Shown here: positions 18,631 through 30,600 of the stretch, piece after piece
Position numbering within the stretch: the first letter of the stretch is position 1
How the letters are laid out: every line of letters starts with the position of its first letter
Assembly: GCA_041940025.1 (NCBI GenBank)
Contig: JBGTSY010000001.1
Coordinates: forward strand, 445,362-509,361
Direction: 5' to 3'
Source of the DNA: Thiotrichaceae bacterium
Lineage (GTDB): Bacteria; Pseudomonadota; Gammaproteobacteria; UBA5859
Length of the DNA stretch: 64,000 bases
Made by a program: the position numbers and the translations under genes
The notes under the pieces: model-generated
What the model saw: the letters and a program-made list of their open reading frames with translations, nothing else
Database searches by the model: none
What the model was told of the DNA's origin: nothing

Positions 18631-21252
18631 ATGCGACGAATACTTTCCAATACACTATTTCTAATTTTCTCGTCGACATTCATTTTCGGCTGTCAAACCT
18701 CGCAAACTGGATTGGAAAATTTGCAACAGGCGTCAGACGGTGCGTCTCAACAACAAACCTCCTTGGTGAAACCGAGAGGCTATGTTCTCCCCACCAGCTT
18801 TTCAATAGCGCCTCATACCCAGGATTCCACTCTCTCCACTGTAGGGGATTTAATTGGCTCAATATTAAGTGATGGCGATGGCATGCCCGCAGATTCGGAC
18901 AATTTTCACGTGGTAAAACGCTCGTACGTATATGAGCCCTTACTAGAACAGTTTGGTTTAGTTGACAACATTCTTTTTGGTCTGGCGCAAACTCACTATG
19001 ATGAAAGAGAGAATGTCAATGTTGGTCCATACTCAGCTAGAGTATACATTCGTGACGGATCCAGTTTAGTTCCGGCTACTACTTATCAGGACTGGGTGAT
19101 TGAATCTGAAGTAGAAACGAAAGAGGGCGAAACAGACATTCATACGGTTCGTGCCTGGATTGATAGTTATACAGATTCGGGCCTTCAGTCAATGCACGTA
19201 GAGTTGACAATATACAGCCCAGCTTATGTCGATGGCGAAGGGGCAGTGAGTGATTTTGGACAATGGGATTTACGGGTAAATTTTCCTGCGCAGCCCAATG
19301 ATTTCATGGTGACAAAGGTTCGATATCTGAATAGCGAAGCACTAATACATATTAATAGCCGTAAAACTCATTGGCTGGATTCGGCGAACACCAATGTCGC
19401 ATTGGTTTATCAAGGCGAACTGCACCGAGGTCGTGATAGAGGTTTTGGTAAATTTCGTTTCAGTGATCTAGATTTTTGTCACCAACAATTGGCGGCGGAG
19501 GCAGCACCCTGTTCTTCAGAGGTGCCTGTGCGTGAGGTATCTTACGCCTATAACAAAGAAGGAATGAGTGTACAGCGGGCAGGAGATGTTGCGGTCTATC
19601 GTGATCGGAAACAGTCAGTACAGATCCCAATAGAGTATGGGTTATACAATAGCGTCACCGGAGAGGATATCAAGAATAGTTTTCAGTTTGAATTTCCAAT
19701 CTCTTATACGGACCCCTTGGGACAAGAGCAGTGGGCACGTTACCTCACGGAAAATGGCCGGCACCATTTAGCTGGTTTGACCGCAGGACAACCTCCAGTC
19801 GATTCAACTGTTATTCGGCGACAGATTGCCAATCGTGCAATTGAACGTCCTTATCAAGTCGCGCATCATACTGAAGGTGTGTTATATCAAGTGGTTTCAT
19901 CCAATGAAGGTGTCAGCAATGAGCTTGAGCATTGGAATTGGGAAGTTGAATATGACCGTCATTGGATCTTGAAATATGATGCCCATGACTCAGTTTGGCG
20001 CCGCTGTTTATCGCTATGGCACGAATTGACAGGGTGTGGTGAAGGCGATGCGGATTGGATAGAGTTTGCTGACATGGAGTCATTGACTCACATCGAGCAA
20101 CAGCGACTGCTGAATTATGACATGATCTCCAAAACAAATAATATTCAGTTGGTTTACTTAGAGGATGCTCGTGCCCATTCTGGCGACGGGTTTTACGAAG
20201 CTGGCTATCATGTAGAAACAGGTCAACTAGAGTCGGTTGGTGCGCGTTGGAGCCCTAGTGATGGTGAAGTGATTGAGTTGAATATGCAGGCATCGCTATT
20301 ACTGAAGAAAGAAACAGACACGAACCAATGGTACCGATTCCGCGTCACTGATTCATTACTCTCAAGTCAATTACCGATCTCCTCGGGTGATACAGATCTT
20401 CATGATTGGCAACCTGGAGTCTATCACCTACGCCAACCTGGTAGAAAATTAATGCTCAAAGTAGAGGAAGATGGCTCAAAAAGAGTGGTTCACGAACACT
20501 GGCACGCATTACACCCCAATACCGTATCCGAGAAGGAGATTTCCGACCAGATCCTATTTCGTGGTGGGGAAGACAGTAGCCAGTTGTACAGGTTTCAAAA
20601 TAACGACAGTCAAACACACTTCATGTCCTTAGTCTACGCCAGCGGTGCACAAGAAGGAGAATTGGTGCGCCATAGCGTTTGGGATCTTTGGCAAGTCGAT
20701 AATACTGGTGCGTTGGTGGATTCTGAAGGTAACATACTTACCACCGAGCAACTTGCAGCGGACGAGGCAAATGATCTTGTAAACCAATATCGATGGGTTT
20801 ATCGAGAGGATGGATCTAGTCACCAGACCTTTTTCAAGGATGCCATCGGAGATTGGGTTCAGTTAGCTGCTCCAAGAAGCTTCGAAGCTGTGAAAATTTC
20901 CAAACAAACCGTCTCGTTAAGATATGATTCGCAATTACAAGGATTAATACATCCTATTCGTGATCTAACAAAGCTAGGGTGGCAACTACATGCAGAAACC
21001 GAAAAACATCTGGTGCAAATTCGAGAAGAGATTGAACTGCAAGATAGGGAGACACAAGTAAAATATTTAGCGAAACCAATTGTTCAATTTAATTTGTCTC
21101 AGCACCTGGATGAAAATAGTGTGAGTGGCCCCGATCTTACTCAAGCGCATCACATAGAATTTGATGGCTTACCTGAGGCAGAGCAAACTTCTTTGACCCA
21201 CATGCCAGCCGTCAGTGGGCCAAAATATATCGGTGGTTTACGCACTCAGTGA
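18631..21252 (+). CDS. Large lipoprotein (873 aa) of unknown function
   Basis: Signal peptide with lipobox LIFSSTFIFGC. No recognisable catalytic motif. A good RBS lies upstream. Confidence 0.6.
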   Translation: MRRILSNTLFLIFSSTFIFGCQTSQTGLENLQQASDGASQQQTSLVKPRGYVLPTSFSIAPHTQDSTLSTVGDLIGSILSDGDGMPADSDNFHVVKRSYVYEPLLEQFGLVDNILFGLAQTHYDERENVNVGPYSARVYIRDGSSLVPATTYQDWVIESEVETKEGETDIHTVRAWIDSYTDSGLQSMHVELTIYSPAYVDGEGAVSDFGQWDLRVNFPAQPNDFMVTKVRYLNSEALIHINSRKTHWLDSANTNVALVYQGELHRGRDRGFGKFRFSDLDFCHQQLAAEAAPCSSEVPVREVSYAYNKEGMSVQRAGDVAVYRDRKQSVQIPIEYGLYNSVTGEDIKNSFQFEFPISYTDPLGQEQWARYLTENGRHHLAGLTAGQPPVDSTVIRRQIANRAIERPYQVAHHTEGVLYQVVSSNEGVSNELEHWNWEVEYDRHWILKYDAHDSVWRRCLSLWHELTGCGEGDADWIEFADMESLTHIEQQRLLNYDMISKTNNIQLVYLEDARAHSGDGFYEAGYHVETGQLESVGARWSPSDGEVIELNMQASLLLKKETDTNQWYRFRVTDSLLSSQLPISSGDTDLHDWQPGVYHLRQPGRKLMLKVEEDGSKRVVHEHWHALHPNTVSEKEISDQILFRGGEDSSQLYRFQNNDSQTHFMSLVYASGAQEGELVRHSVWDLWQVDNTGALVDSEGNILTTEQLAADEANDLVNQYRWVYREDGSSHQTFFKDAIGDWVQLAAPRSFEAVKISKQTVSLRYDSQLQGLIHPIRDLTKLGWQLHAETEKHLVQIREEIELQDRETQVKYLAKPIVQFNLSQHLDENSVSGPDLTQAHHIEFDGLPEAEQTSLTHMPAVSGPKYIGGLRTQ

Positions 21253-21315
21253 GTGTCCGCAGAATGATCTAAATTGAACTGACGGTTCTGGTTAGTACAA
21301 TCGGAGTGACATGGA

Positions 21316-22089
21316 TTGCAAGGTGACGCAGCCAGTAAACAAGTTGAAAAAGGAATTCAAATCTATACAAAATCTACTCATAGTGTCACAGATGAGCAGA
21401 TAGCGTACTGGGTGAAACACTGGTTTTCTCAGCAAGAGAAGAAAAAATATTCGGCTTTTCGAACCGCCGAGGACAAGCGTTTATATGCTGTGGCTCATGG
21501 TTTAACAAGATTCGTCTTGTCTCAACATGCGCCTATTGCACCGCGAGATTGGTGCTTTAATTTTAATGAGTACGGCAAACCAGAAATCGCCAATAGTCTA
21601 CCTGATAGTCTGTTTTTCAATTTATCTCATACTAAAGGGCTTGCTGCATGTGCGTTGAGTTGGCATCAGGTATGTGGTGTTGATGTGGAATTAACAGCCC
21701 ACTTGGATGATTTAGAGCAGGTCGCTCAGGAGGTTTACTCTGCTCAGGAATTGAGCCACCTAATGTCATTGAAGGGCCATGAACGTCTGTTTAGATTTTA
21801 TTGGTTGTGGACGCATAAAGAAGCATTTATTAAAGCTTGTGGTATCGGAATGTCATTACCCTTGAAAACTTTTACGATGAAGGGCGAAAAAAATCATTGT
21901 AAAATGGTGTTTCATCCTGGGTTTCCCGGTGATCATGAGCACAGTTTTGATGCCTCCCGATGGGGTTTCTTTTGGCGTGTGCTCCATGATAACTATCAAC
22001 TGACGGTTTCTTCACCTGATCACGATAAGTGTCGAAACAGCGTGATCCATTCATTGGACGCGTTGGATTTTAGTGAGTCATATAACTAA
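21316..22089 (+). CDS. 4'-phosphopantetheinyl transferase, Sfp/EntD/PcpS type
   Basis: Motifs FNLSHTKGLAACAL (the FNxSHS block) and WTHKEAFIKACG (the WxxKEAxxK block). Confidence 0.8.
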   Translation: MQGDAASKQVEKGIQIYTKSTHSVTDEQIAYWVKHWFSQQEKKKYSAFRTAEDKRLYAVAHGLTRFVLSQHAPIAPRDWCFNFNEYGKPEIANSLPDSLFFNLSHTKGLAACALSWHQVCGVDVELTAHLDDLEQVAQEVYSAQELSHLMSLKGHERLFRFYWLWTHKEAFIKACGIGMSLPLKTFTMKGEKNHCKMVFHPGFPGDHEHSFDASRWGFFWRVLHDNYQLTVSSPDHDKCRNSVIHSLDALDFSESYN

Positions 22090-22246
22090 ATTTCAATTTT
22101 TTAGCATATTTTTCGTCATTCATGACTTGTAGTCGGACAAATGGTCTTGTAAATCGATTGCAGTCGGTTCACATTTGTTCTATATAAATAAATATATGAG
22201 TACAAAATATAAGAACTTAGCAAAATTGGAAAGCGGGAGAATTCAA

Positions 22247-23008
22247 ATGATCTATAGAATTTTTGTATCCACCCTATTTGTTATCTCCTTGGGTCTGTCT
22301 GGCACCGCTGCCGCAGAAAAGATGGCGTACGACCTACCGAACGGTGACTATTATGAAGGACAAATTGAAAATGGTGTGAAACAGGGTAAGGGCATTTATC
22401 GCTGGAGCAATGGCGATCGATATGAAGGGGAATGGCACAATAATCAGTTCTCAGGCCAGGGAACATTCACCTTCGCCAATCAAGATCACTACAAGGGTCA
22501 GTGGAAAGATGGACTGTTTTCCGGAAAAGGAACCTATACCTGGGCCACCGGTAGTCGTTATGTGGGAGAATTTAAGAACGGTCAGAAGCATGGATTTGGA
22601 GAATACATTTGGGGTGAAGGAGAACGTTACGAAGGAAATTGGAAGGAAAACAAACGTCACGGTAAGGGGACTCGTTACTGGCCAGACGGAAAAAAATACA
22701 TGGGGGAGTATCGTCATGATAAACGTCATGGGAAAGGGGTAATGACCTGGCCGGGAGGAGAAAAATATGTGGGCGAATACCAAAATGGCCAACAATCGGG
22801 TACGGGTGTATTGACCTGGCCAGATGGGCATCGCTATGAAGGTCAATTTGTGAAGAATAAGAAGACTGGCGAAGGCACATTTCAGTGGCCTAATGGCGAT
22901 AAATACGTGGGCAGATTCGTTGATGATCTACCTGAAGGTGAGAGTACTTGTTATTTTTCCGGACGGGAAGAAAAGTGTATTTATCGCCGCGGTCAGCGAA
23001 TCAATTAG
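22247..23008 (+). CDS. MORN-repeat protein, secreted
   Basis: Signal peptide followed by about 9 tandem 23-aa MORN repeats (Y.G.W.NG..HG.G.). Start chosen at MIYRIF, which has an RBS. Confidence 0.7.
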   Translation: MIYRIFVSTLFVISLGLSGTAAAEKMAYDLPNGDYYEGQIENGVKQGKGIYRWSNGDRYEGEWHNNQFSGQGTFTFANQDHYKGQWKDGLFSGKGTYTWATGSRYVGEFKNGQKHGFGEYIWGEGERYEGNWKENKRHGKGTRYWPDGKKYMGEYRHDKRHGKGVMTWPGGEKYVGEYQNGQQSGTGVLTWPDGHRYEGQFVKNKKTGEGTFQWPNGDKYVGRFVDDLPEGESTCYFSGREEKCIYRRGQRIN

Positions 23009-23072
23009 AATGTGCTCCCACTAATAGGCAGGACGCCATTGCATCTGTCAGGGGATGTTAAGTTAGTGATGA

Positions 23073-24500
23073 CTATTCAGTCTTTGGAAGGGGTACTGTT
23101 TCCAACCATTTACTAACTTGATTGAGATCTTGCACCGTTAAATCACCTACAGCTTGTTTGAGTCGAAAATTGTGGAGAACATAGTCAATACGCGCGAGAT
23201 TAAGATCTCTCTGTGCGTTTAGTAAGGTGCGTTGCGCGTTTAACACATCCATCAAAGTACGGGTACCACTTTCAAAACTCGCTTTAGTGGCTTGTACCGC
23301 CCTTTTATTGGAAACAATCGCTAATTTTTGTGCAGTGACTCTGGTAACTGCCGCGTTAACCAAGTGGAATTGATTCTCTGTGAATATTGCCACTGAACGC
23401 TTTTGAGCATGATAGAGTTCTTCAGCCTCGCGAAACTTATAGTAAGATTGTCTCGTTGCTGCACTCACACCACCACCGCTAAAAATCGGAACAAACAGTT
23501 CTAGACCAAGGCTTTCGGTGTCTGCTGGCGGAATAAATCCAGAGCCGTCCTCAGTGTCTACCCGGTTGATCGCACCGACAAAATTTAAAGTTGGTAGATG
23601 ACCGGATTGGTTTTTTTGCGTCTCACGTTGTGCTGCTTGCACGCCTTGCTTCGAAGCAAATAGTTCTAAATTGGATTCCAAGGCGCGGGTGATCCAAGCG
23701 TCCGTACTGTTTGGGGTCGGTTTGGAAATGGGGAATTCTGCTTTCAAACGCCCAATCTCCCGAATACTGGTGCCGGTTAGGTTTTCCAGATTACGAAGCG
23801 CCAGTGCCAATCCACTTTTTGCGAGCAAGATTTGGGTTTGGCTCAGATCGGCGGCTGCCTGCGCTTCGAATACAGCGGTATTGGCCATCAAACCCAACTC
23901 AAAACGTTTATTCGCCTGTTGCAGCTGGAAGTCCACCGATTGTTGTTCTCGGGTAGCGAATTCTAAGTCTTCTAGAGCACGCAATACGTCGAAGTAGGTT
24001 TCAGTGACTCTCAGAATGAGATTCTGTTGTTCTGCATCAAACTTCCATTCAGCTTGATTTCTGAGCGCTTTGGATTGTTGATAATCGTACCAGCGATCAA
24101 TTTGAAACAGAGGTTGTCGGAGTCGCAGAGAAAGGGATTGGCTTCGATAGTCTATCGCCCTTTCTTGGGTAACGAAGAGACAAGTGGGGTCAAACTGGTT
24201 CAGGTTGGCTACATTAAAGTCGCAATCAGAAAGTGCGTCGGTATTAAATTCTGGTGTGCCTGGACCGTCATAGGAGTTCTCTGTATAGGTTGCCGATGCG
24301 GAGATGTTGGGTAGTAGACGAGACCGACCTATCTTGGGTAGTTCACGACCCGCTCGAAGGGCAGCTCTGGCAGCTATCCACTGGTGATCATGTTCTGTTG
24401 CCAACTCATATATGGCGGTTAGCTCCGAGGAGTGAGTGGTAGTTGGTAGAAGAGCGATTAAAGCAAGTGCCAGCGGCAAGAGACGAATTTGGTACATCAT
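23073..24500 (-). CDS. TolC-family outer membrane efflux protein
   Basis: Signal peptide MMYQIRLLPLALALIALLP. Two repeated alpha-helical/beta-barrel halves typical of OEP/TolC. Start chosen at the MMYQ methionine. Confidence 0.85.
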   Translation of the reverse strand: MMYQIRLLPLALALIALLPTTTHSSELTAIYELATEHDHQWIAARAALRAGRELPKIGRSRLLPNISASATYTENSYDGPGTPEFNTDALSDCDFNVANLNQFDPTCLFVTQERAIDYRSQSLSLRLRQPLFQIDRWYDYQQSKALRNQAEWKFDAEQQNLILRVTETYFDVLRALEDLEFATREQQSVDFQLQQANKRFELGLMANTAVFEAQAAADLSQTQILLAKSGLALALRNLENLTGTSIREIGRLKAEFPISKPTPNSTDAWITRALESNLELFASKQGVQAAQRETQKNQSGHLPTLNFVGAINRVDTEDGSGFIPPADTESLGLELFVPIFSGGGVSAATRQSYYKFREAEELYHAQKRSVAIFTENQFHLVNAAVTRVTAQKLAIVSNKRAVQATKASFESGTRTLMDVLNAQRTLLNAQRDLNLARIDYVLHNFRLKQAVGDLTVQDLNQVSKWLETVPLPKTE

Positions 24501-25404
24501 GTTGTTTAACTTTCTTTTAATAATTACGACTTCAATGAATTCAGAGCGAATTACCCATACAGATCTGGATCTGCCATTTTGCACTGTTGCAGGTATCCGC
24601 ATTCATTTGGCCAGTATCTCAAACTTTGAACTCTCAGTCGGGCCAATCTCGATTGTGATGAATTTCAGATAATCTTCTCAGTAGTCAATTTTTCACGTTT
24701 AGAGTTTCTTCTCGTGTTATCGATTCATTTTTTACTGATAAACTCATCCTAAGGGGGCCCTATTGCTAATTTTAAGTGTGGTTAGTAAGCCATCCAAGGG
24801 CTAATTTCTGTATCTTTAGAAAATTAACATATATTGTCATTTATGATAGCCTCGATTAAATAGTCCAAATACGATTATATTTCATAAATTGTCACAACAA
24901 CTCATTGTTAGCAAACATGTCCATAGATTTCCAATGATCGCGTAATAGAACCTATGGAATGGAGTAGTCGAAACTCATAAAGACAACTATAAATACAGGT
25001 GTTTAATCCATTTGTTGCGGAAATATTTGGTCGATAAACTAAAATGACGTTAAATTAACTGAATTCGCTTTTTATAATGACTTTAGTCCCTGGTCCTCAG
25101 TTATATTTTCCTTCAAAATGAGCAAAATCGGGTCGACACAGAGGGTCACTTTGAGACTATTCAAAAGGCACGCGATCCCTTAGCAATCATTGTAATTACT
25201 TTGTCTAAAAGTATTAGATGAAAAATATGATTATAAATCAATAGATTGAAATATCGAAAAGATGGATTGGAGACGATAAAAAGTACAGGCGCAAAAGATG
25301 GGCTAGACAGTTCTTCGCAACAGAAACTGCAATGGAATACAAAGTTTCACCTCCTCAAGCAAGAAGTGTTTTAACAATCAATACAGTTTAGATGAGATGT
25401 TTCA

Positions 25405-26178
25405 TTGATGAGTGTTAATTTGCATAAAAATCCATGGTTCCATATACCGCGTCCTAGTGAGAACGCGCGAGTGAGACTATTCTGTTTTAGCTACGCCGGT
25501 GGCAGCGCTCAAGTTTTCCACGACTGGCCGAATTATTTGTCAGATCAAATAGAAGTGTATGCCATTCAGCTTCCTGGCCGTGGATCCCGTCTGCTCGAAG
25601 CGCCTCTGGTTTCTATGGAAGAGTTGGTTCAAGAACTGTATTTAGCCTTGGCGGCTGAAATCAAGGTTCCCTTCGCATTTTTCGGGCATAGTATGGGGGC
25701 GCAAGTGGCGTTCGATCTGCTTCAGCGAATGCGGGCAGAGGGGACCGCCCTGCCTAGCATGCTCATGGTGAGTGGTCGTCGGGCCCCTCAACTTAAGCAC
25801 CGAAAAAGAAAGATTTATGATTTACCTGAAGATGAGTTTAAACGAGAATTAGATCGATTGAATGGCACACCCGCAGAAGTACTTGAACAACCTGAGTTGA
25901 TGGAGTTGTTAAGTCCGGCGTTGAGAGCGGATTTCCAGTTAATTGAAACATGGTGTTATCAACCTAAACCGCCAATTAACATTCCAATTGCCGCCTTTGG
26001 TGGCATCGAAGACGTGGAGGTGAGTTTTAGTGATTTGGATGCCTGGAGTCAGCAGACTGATTCTGTTTTTTCTGTGCAGATGTTTCGGGGAGACCATTTT
26101 TTCTTGAATTCAGATAAGGAAGAGTTATTGACTCGAATTCAATATTTGTTGGCACCAGAACAGCATGCCGATGTGTAA
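25405..26178 (+). CDS. Type II thioesterase (alpha/beta hydrolase, GrsT/RifR/PchC-like)
   Basis: LFCFSYAGGSAQVF N-terminal block. GHSMGAQVA nucleophile elbow (GxSxG). Conserved C-terminal GDHFF (His). Confidence 0.8.
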   Translation: MMSVNLHKNPWFHIPRPSENARVRLFCFSYAGGSAQVFHDWPNYLSDQIEVYAIQLPGRGSRLLEAPLVSMEELVQELYLALAAEIKVPFAFFGHSMGAQVAFDLLQRMRAEGTALPSMLMVSGRRAPQLKHRKRKIYDLPEDEFKRELDRLNGTPAEVLEQPELMELLSPALRADFQLIETWCYQPKPPINIPIAAFGGIEDVEVSFSDLDAWSQQTDSVFSVQMFRGDHFFLNSDKEELLTRIQYLLAPEQHADV

Positions 26179-26216
26179 AAATGCATTCTTAGAGAAAAGA
26201 GATAAAGAAGTGAACA

Positions 26217-27620
26217 ATGAATAAAACTATAAAAATATTAGTGCCCTTTATCGTATTAATAGGGAGTATGGGAGTAGCTTGGTTCCTGATTCAATTTGGT
26301 CCCGAAGTCGAGCAGGCACAAGTTGAGAAGCGTGTACCGGCTGTTAGTGTTGTGGCGGCCGAGGCCAAGACCTTAAGTATTCCTGTCTATACTCGTGGAA
26401 CCGTGATCCCTGGTACTGAAATCCAACTATCCGCCGAAGTGGCGGGAAAAATTATTAGTGTATCTAAAAATTTTAAAAACGGTGGATTTTTTAAAAAGGG
26501 AGAAACTCTATTCACCGTCGATCCGACTTTGTTTCAGTTAGACGTTAAAAAAGCTGAGGCGATGGTTGCCACCGCTAAACTAAATTATGAAAAAGCGCAA
26601 GCCAACGTAGAGGCGAATCGTTCAATCTCAGGTTTGCCTCAGACCGATTTTTCGCTCGGGATCCCACAACTGGAAGAGGCGCGCACACGCTATGAAGCGG
26701 CTAAAGCGGATGCACAATTAGCACAAATTCAGTTACGAAGCGCATCCTTAAAAGCTCCTTTTCGTGGACGTATTCGCCAAAAATTGGTGGACGTGGGTAA
26801 ATATGTGACACCAGGCATGCCGGTGGCTATCTATTATGCGACTGCAACCGCAGAGGTGCGTTTACCGCTAACCGATGAACAGCAGAAGTTAATTGATATC
26901 CCGCTGCAATATGAGGACAACGAGCCTTTTACCGAGCCTGTGAATGTCAGTTTCACCGATACCAGTGGTCGGTATGAGTGGCAGGGTAAGTTAGTTCGAA
27001 GCGAAGCGGGGTTTGATGAAACCAATAGATTATTTTATGTGGTTGCAGAAGTAAATGCGCCTTATAAAAGGGACCCTAGGCAACCAGAAAAACCACCGTT
27101 TGCTGCGGGATTATTTGTCGATGCGCAAATTGAAGGACGTGTGCATGATCGGATAATAGAATTGCCACGTGAAGTATTGCATGCCAATGATGTTGTTTGG
27201 ACTGTGGATGAATCCTCAAAATTGAAGAAAAAGCAGGTGGAGGTATTGCATCGAGGACGTGATACCGTTTTTATTGCAAATGGCATCAACGCCGGCGAGC
27301 AAGTGATTACCACCTTGCTTGACGTGGCAGTGGACGGTATGCAGGTGAAAATATTGCGACCTCAGATGAGAGAAAAAGTTGACAATAGTCAATCAAAAGA
27401 ACCCATACCAAGTAATGAGTCATTAGATAATCAAACTGTTGTCGTCAAAACTACCAATACTAAGACTAAAGAACAGAAATCTACTGAATTAGAAAAACCC
27501 AGTGAATCTGAATCTAAAGCCGAAGTTCGGAGTGACTCGGTTGAGGACAGCAATAGGGCGCCAAACTTGGCCGAACAGATTGTAGTTGGCATCAAACCCA
27601 TGAAGGAAACACCTAGGTGA
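26217..27620 (+). CDS. RND efflux periplasmic adaptor (HlyD-family MFP) with a low-complexity Ser/Lys/Glu-rich C-terminal extension
   Basis: N-terminal TM anchor, coiled-coil and beta-barrel MFP domains. The tail (about 90 aa) is SKEPIPSNESLD...SESESKAEVRSDS. Confidence 0.85.
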   Translation: MNKTIKILVPFIVLIGSMGVAWFLIQFGPEVEQAQVEKRVPAVSVVAAEAKTLSIPVYTRGTVIPGTEIQLSAEVAGKIISVSKNFKNGGFFKKGETLFTVDPTLFQLDVKKAEAMVATAKLNYEKAQANVEANRSISGLPQTDFSLGIPQLEEARTRYEAAKADAQLAQIQLRSASLKAPFRGRIRQKLVDVGKYVTPGMPVAIYYATATAEVRLPLTDEQQKLIDIPLQYEDNEPFTEPVNVSFTDTSGRYEWQGKLVRSEAGFDETNRLFYVVAEVNAPYKRDPRQPEKPPFAAGLFVDAQIEGRVHDRIIELPREVLHANDVVWTVDESSKLKKKQVEVLHRGRDTVFIANGINAGEQVITTLLDVAVDGMQVKILRPQMREKVDNSQSKEPIPSNESLDNQTVVVKTTNTKTKEQKSTELEKPSESESKAEVRSDSVEDSNRAPNLAEQIVVGIKPMKETPR

Positions 27621-30600
27621 ACGCGATCATTAGATGGTTTGCATATAATCGGGTTGCAGCGAATCTGATGATGGCGCTTATCTTGATTTCAGGACTGTTA
27701 GCTTTACCAGAGATCAGAAAAGAGATCTTACCGAATATGGAAATGGATGCGATTTCCATTACGACCGCATTTCCTGGTGCCTCTCCGTCTGATGTGGAAG
27801 AAGCCGTTTGTCAGCGCATTGAATCAAATTTACTAGGGATGGATGGAGTTAAAAATTTAACCTCTCTTGCGAGTGAAGGTATTTGTCAGACTACTGTCGC
27901 CGTTGATTATGGGGTTAATGTTCGAGAGGTGGTAGAGAACATTAAAGTGACTGTGAGCGGTATCGGCACTTTTCCAAAAGAGGTCATCACTCCGATAGTG
28001 AAGCAAATTAAAGTCTCTCCAATGGTGGCAAAAGTTGTGGTTTCTGGCGATGTGGACGATGCAGTGTTAAAAACTGTCGCCGAAAAAGTAAAGGCAGATC
28101 TATTTGCGTTACCTGAAATCACACAGGTCTCCTTTGATAATATAAAGAAAACTGAGATATCAATTGAAGTCTCAGAAGTTGCCTTACAGCGTTATCGACT
28201 CAGTTTTGCTGAAATAGCAGCACGAATTCGCGAGTCGTCCGTCAATGTACCAGGTGGCAGTATCAATACTACTGCGGGAAAGGTTGCTGTTAGTATTCAG
28301 GGGAGACGTGCAAATGCAGAGCAATTTGAAAATATCGTTATTCGTGCATTACCTGATGGCGCACATATTAGATTAAAAGATGTTGCGACGGTGACGGAAG
28401 GGTTCGCCGTTCAGCGTATTGAAGGACGCTATAATGGCCGTCCAGCCATCGCAATCAGTGCATTTCGTACAGGTAATCAAAGTATCTTACAGATTGCTGA
28501 CTCTATGCATCAGTATGTGAATGAGCAAGAAAAAGGATTGCCGCAAGGGGTGTATCTAAATGTCTGGCAGGATAATTCAAGCTACCTAAAAAGTCGCATA
28601 AAGTTAATGTCGAACAATGCCGTCGGTGGCTTTTTCTTGGTTTGGGCGATATTAATGTTGTTCATGCGTTTTCAGCTCTCGTTCTGGACAAGCTTAGGGA
28701 TCCCCATATCTTTCTTAGGAACCTTGTGGTTATTGCCTTACTTTGGCGGTTCGATCAATATGGTTTCCCTGTTCGCCTTTATCCTGGTGCTCGGCATTGT
28801 TGTTGATGATGCCATTATTGTGGGGGAACAAGTTTATACCGAACATGGTCGAGGTAAGAGTGGGACGGAAGCCGCAGTAAGCGGTGCTCAAGAAGTAGCT
28901 AAGCCGGTAATTTATGCTGTTTGCACGACAATCTTAATATTTTTACCTCTACTATTCCTCCCTGGACCACAAGGTAAATTGATGTACGCCATTCCTCTGG
29001 TGGTGACCATTACTCTATTTTTTTCTTTGGTGGAATCCTTGTTAATTTTACCTGCCCATTTATCTACAATCCGACCTGAGAATCATCAGCAAACAGGATG
29101 GTTTGACAGAATGCACAAGACATTTGATGACGGCATTGAAAATTTTGTCGATCAGTATTACCGACCATTTTTGAGTCGTACATTGGAATTGCGATATCTC
29201 ACTGTGGCTCTCTTTGTTGGAATGATGTTTTTAACGCTTTCTTTAATGATTGGAGGGTGGCTCAAGGTCAACTGGTTTCCATCAATCGAGGCAGATGTCG
29301 CTATCGCCAATTTGAGTTTTGCCAAGCAGACGCCTCACGAGGTGACCGCTGATGCTATGCAGCGAGTGGAGCAAGCTGCTGTTGAGTTGAGGAAAAAATT
29401 GAGAGAGGAAAATGGTGAAGATCAAATTACCAATTTGGTTACCATTATTGGAATAAAAGGTGAGAATACAGGTCGAATCGTGGTGGATTTAGCACCTTCT
29501 GAAGCGCGTAAAGTCTCTGGTGAAGAAATCAGTAGACGTTGGCGGGAGACGGTCGGCGAAATCCCTGGTGCCACTGAGTTTAAAATCGAATCCACCTTAG
29601 ATACCACCGGTCCCACATTAGACATAGAATTCATTGGCCAACATCTCGATGCTCTAGAATTAGCGGCAAATTCCTTCAGACGTCATTTGGAAACCTATCC
29701 TGCTGTATACGAAATTCGTGATTCTTTACAAAGCTCGAAACAGGAGATACAGATTCAGTTAAAGCCTCGTGCCCAGGAACTGGGTCTGAGTGTGAATGAA
29801 TTAGCGGCCCAAGTACGCCAGGCGTTTTACGGTACTCAGGTGCAAACCGTTCATCGAGGCGAAGAGGAGGTAGATGTCATAGTACGTTATCCAGAATCTT
29901 CAAGAGAGTCTCTGTGGCATCTGGAAAATATGAACGTCATGTTGCGATCGGGTGCCGTGGCACCTCTCCACAGTGTCGCCCTACTGTCCTATGGCGAAGG
30001 GCCATCTGAAATCAGACGTAAAAACGGTGCCAGAACTGTTCGTGTCAGAGCCTATGTGGATAGCGGGATGGATGGCTCCGATCTTGTAGAATCGCATGTT
30101 AAATCAGAGTTTCTAAATAAGTTAGAAAATAATTTTCCAGGAGTCAGTTGGCAACCTTCCGGTGCGCAAAAAAATAAACAGGAATTTTTAGACTATTTAT
30201 CCCGTAGTTATATTCTGGCGCTTTTGGCAATGTATATTTTAATGGCAGTGTTGTTTCGATCTTATTCGCAACCATTAATGATTTTGTGGGCGGTGCCCTT
30301 TGGTGCAATTGGCGCACTGATTGGTCACCTCTTCATTGGTATAGAGGTGACCTTGTGGTCTTTGGTGGGTATCTTTGCAGTGAGCGGGGTAGTGGTAAAT
30401 GACAACTTGGTGCTGATTGATTTTATCAACAAGGATTTAGCGCGCGGCGCGCGCTTGTTGGATGCCATTAAGGATGCCGGTGCGGAACGATTTAGACCGA
30501 TTGTGTTGACCTCAGTGACGACTTTTGGTGGATTAACACCAATGATGTTGGAGCAAAGCTTACAAGCGAAATTTATGATTCCGATGGCGGTTTCTCTCGC

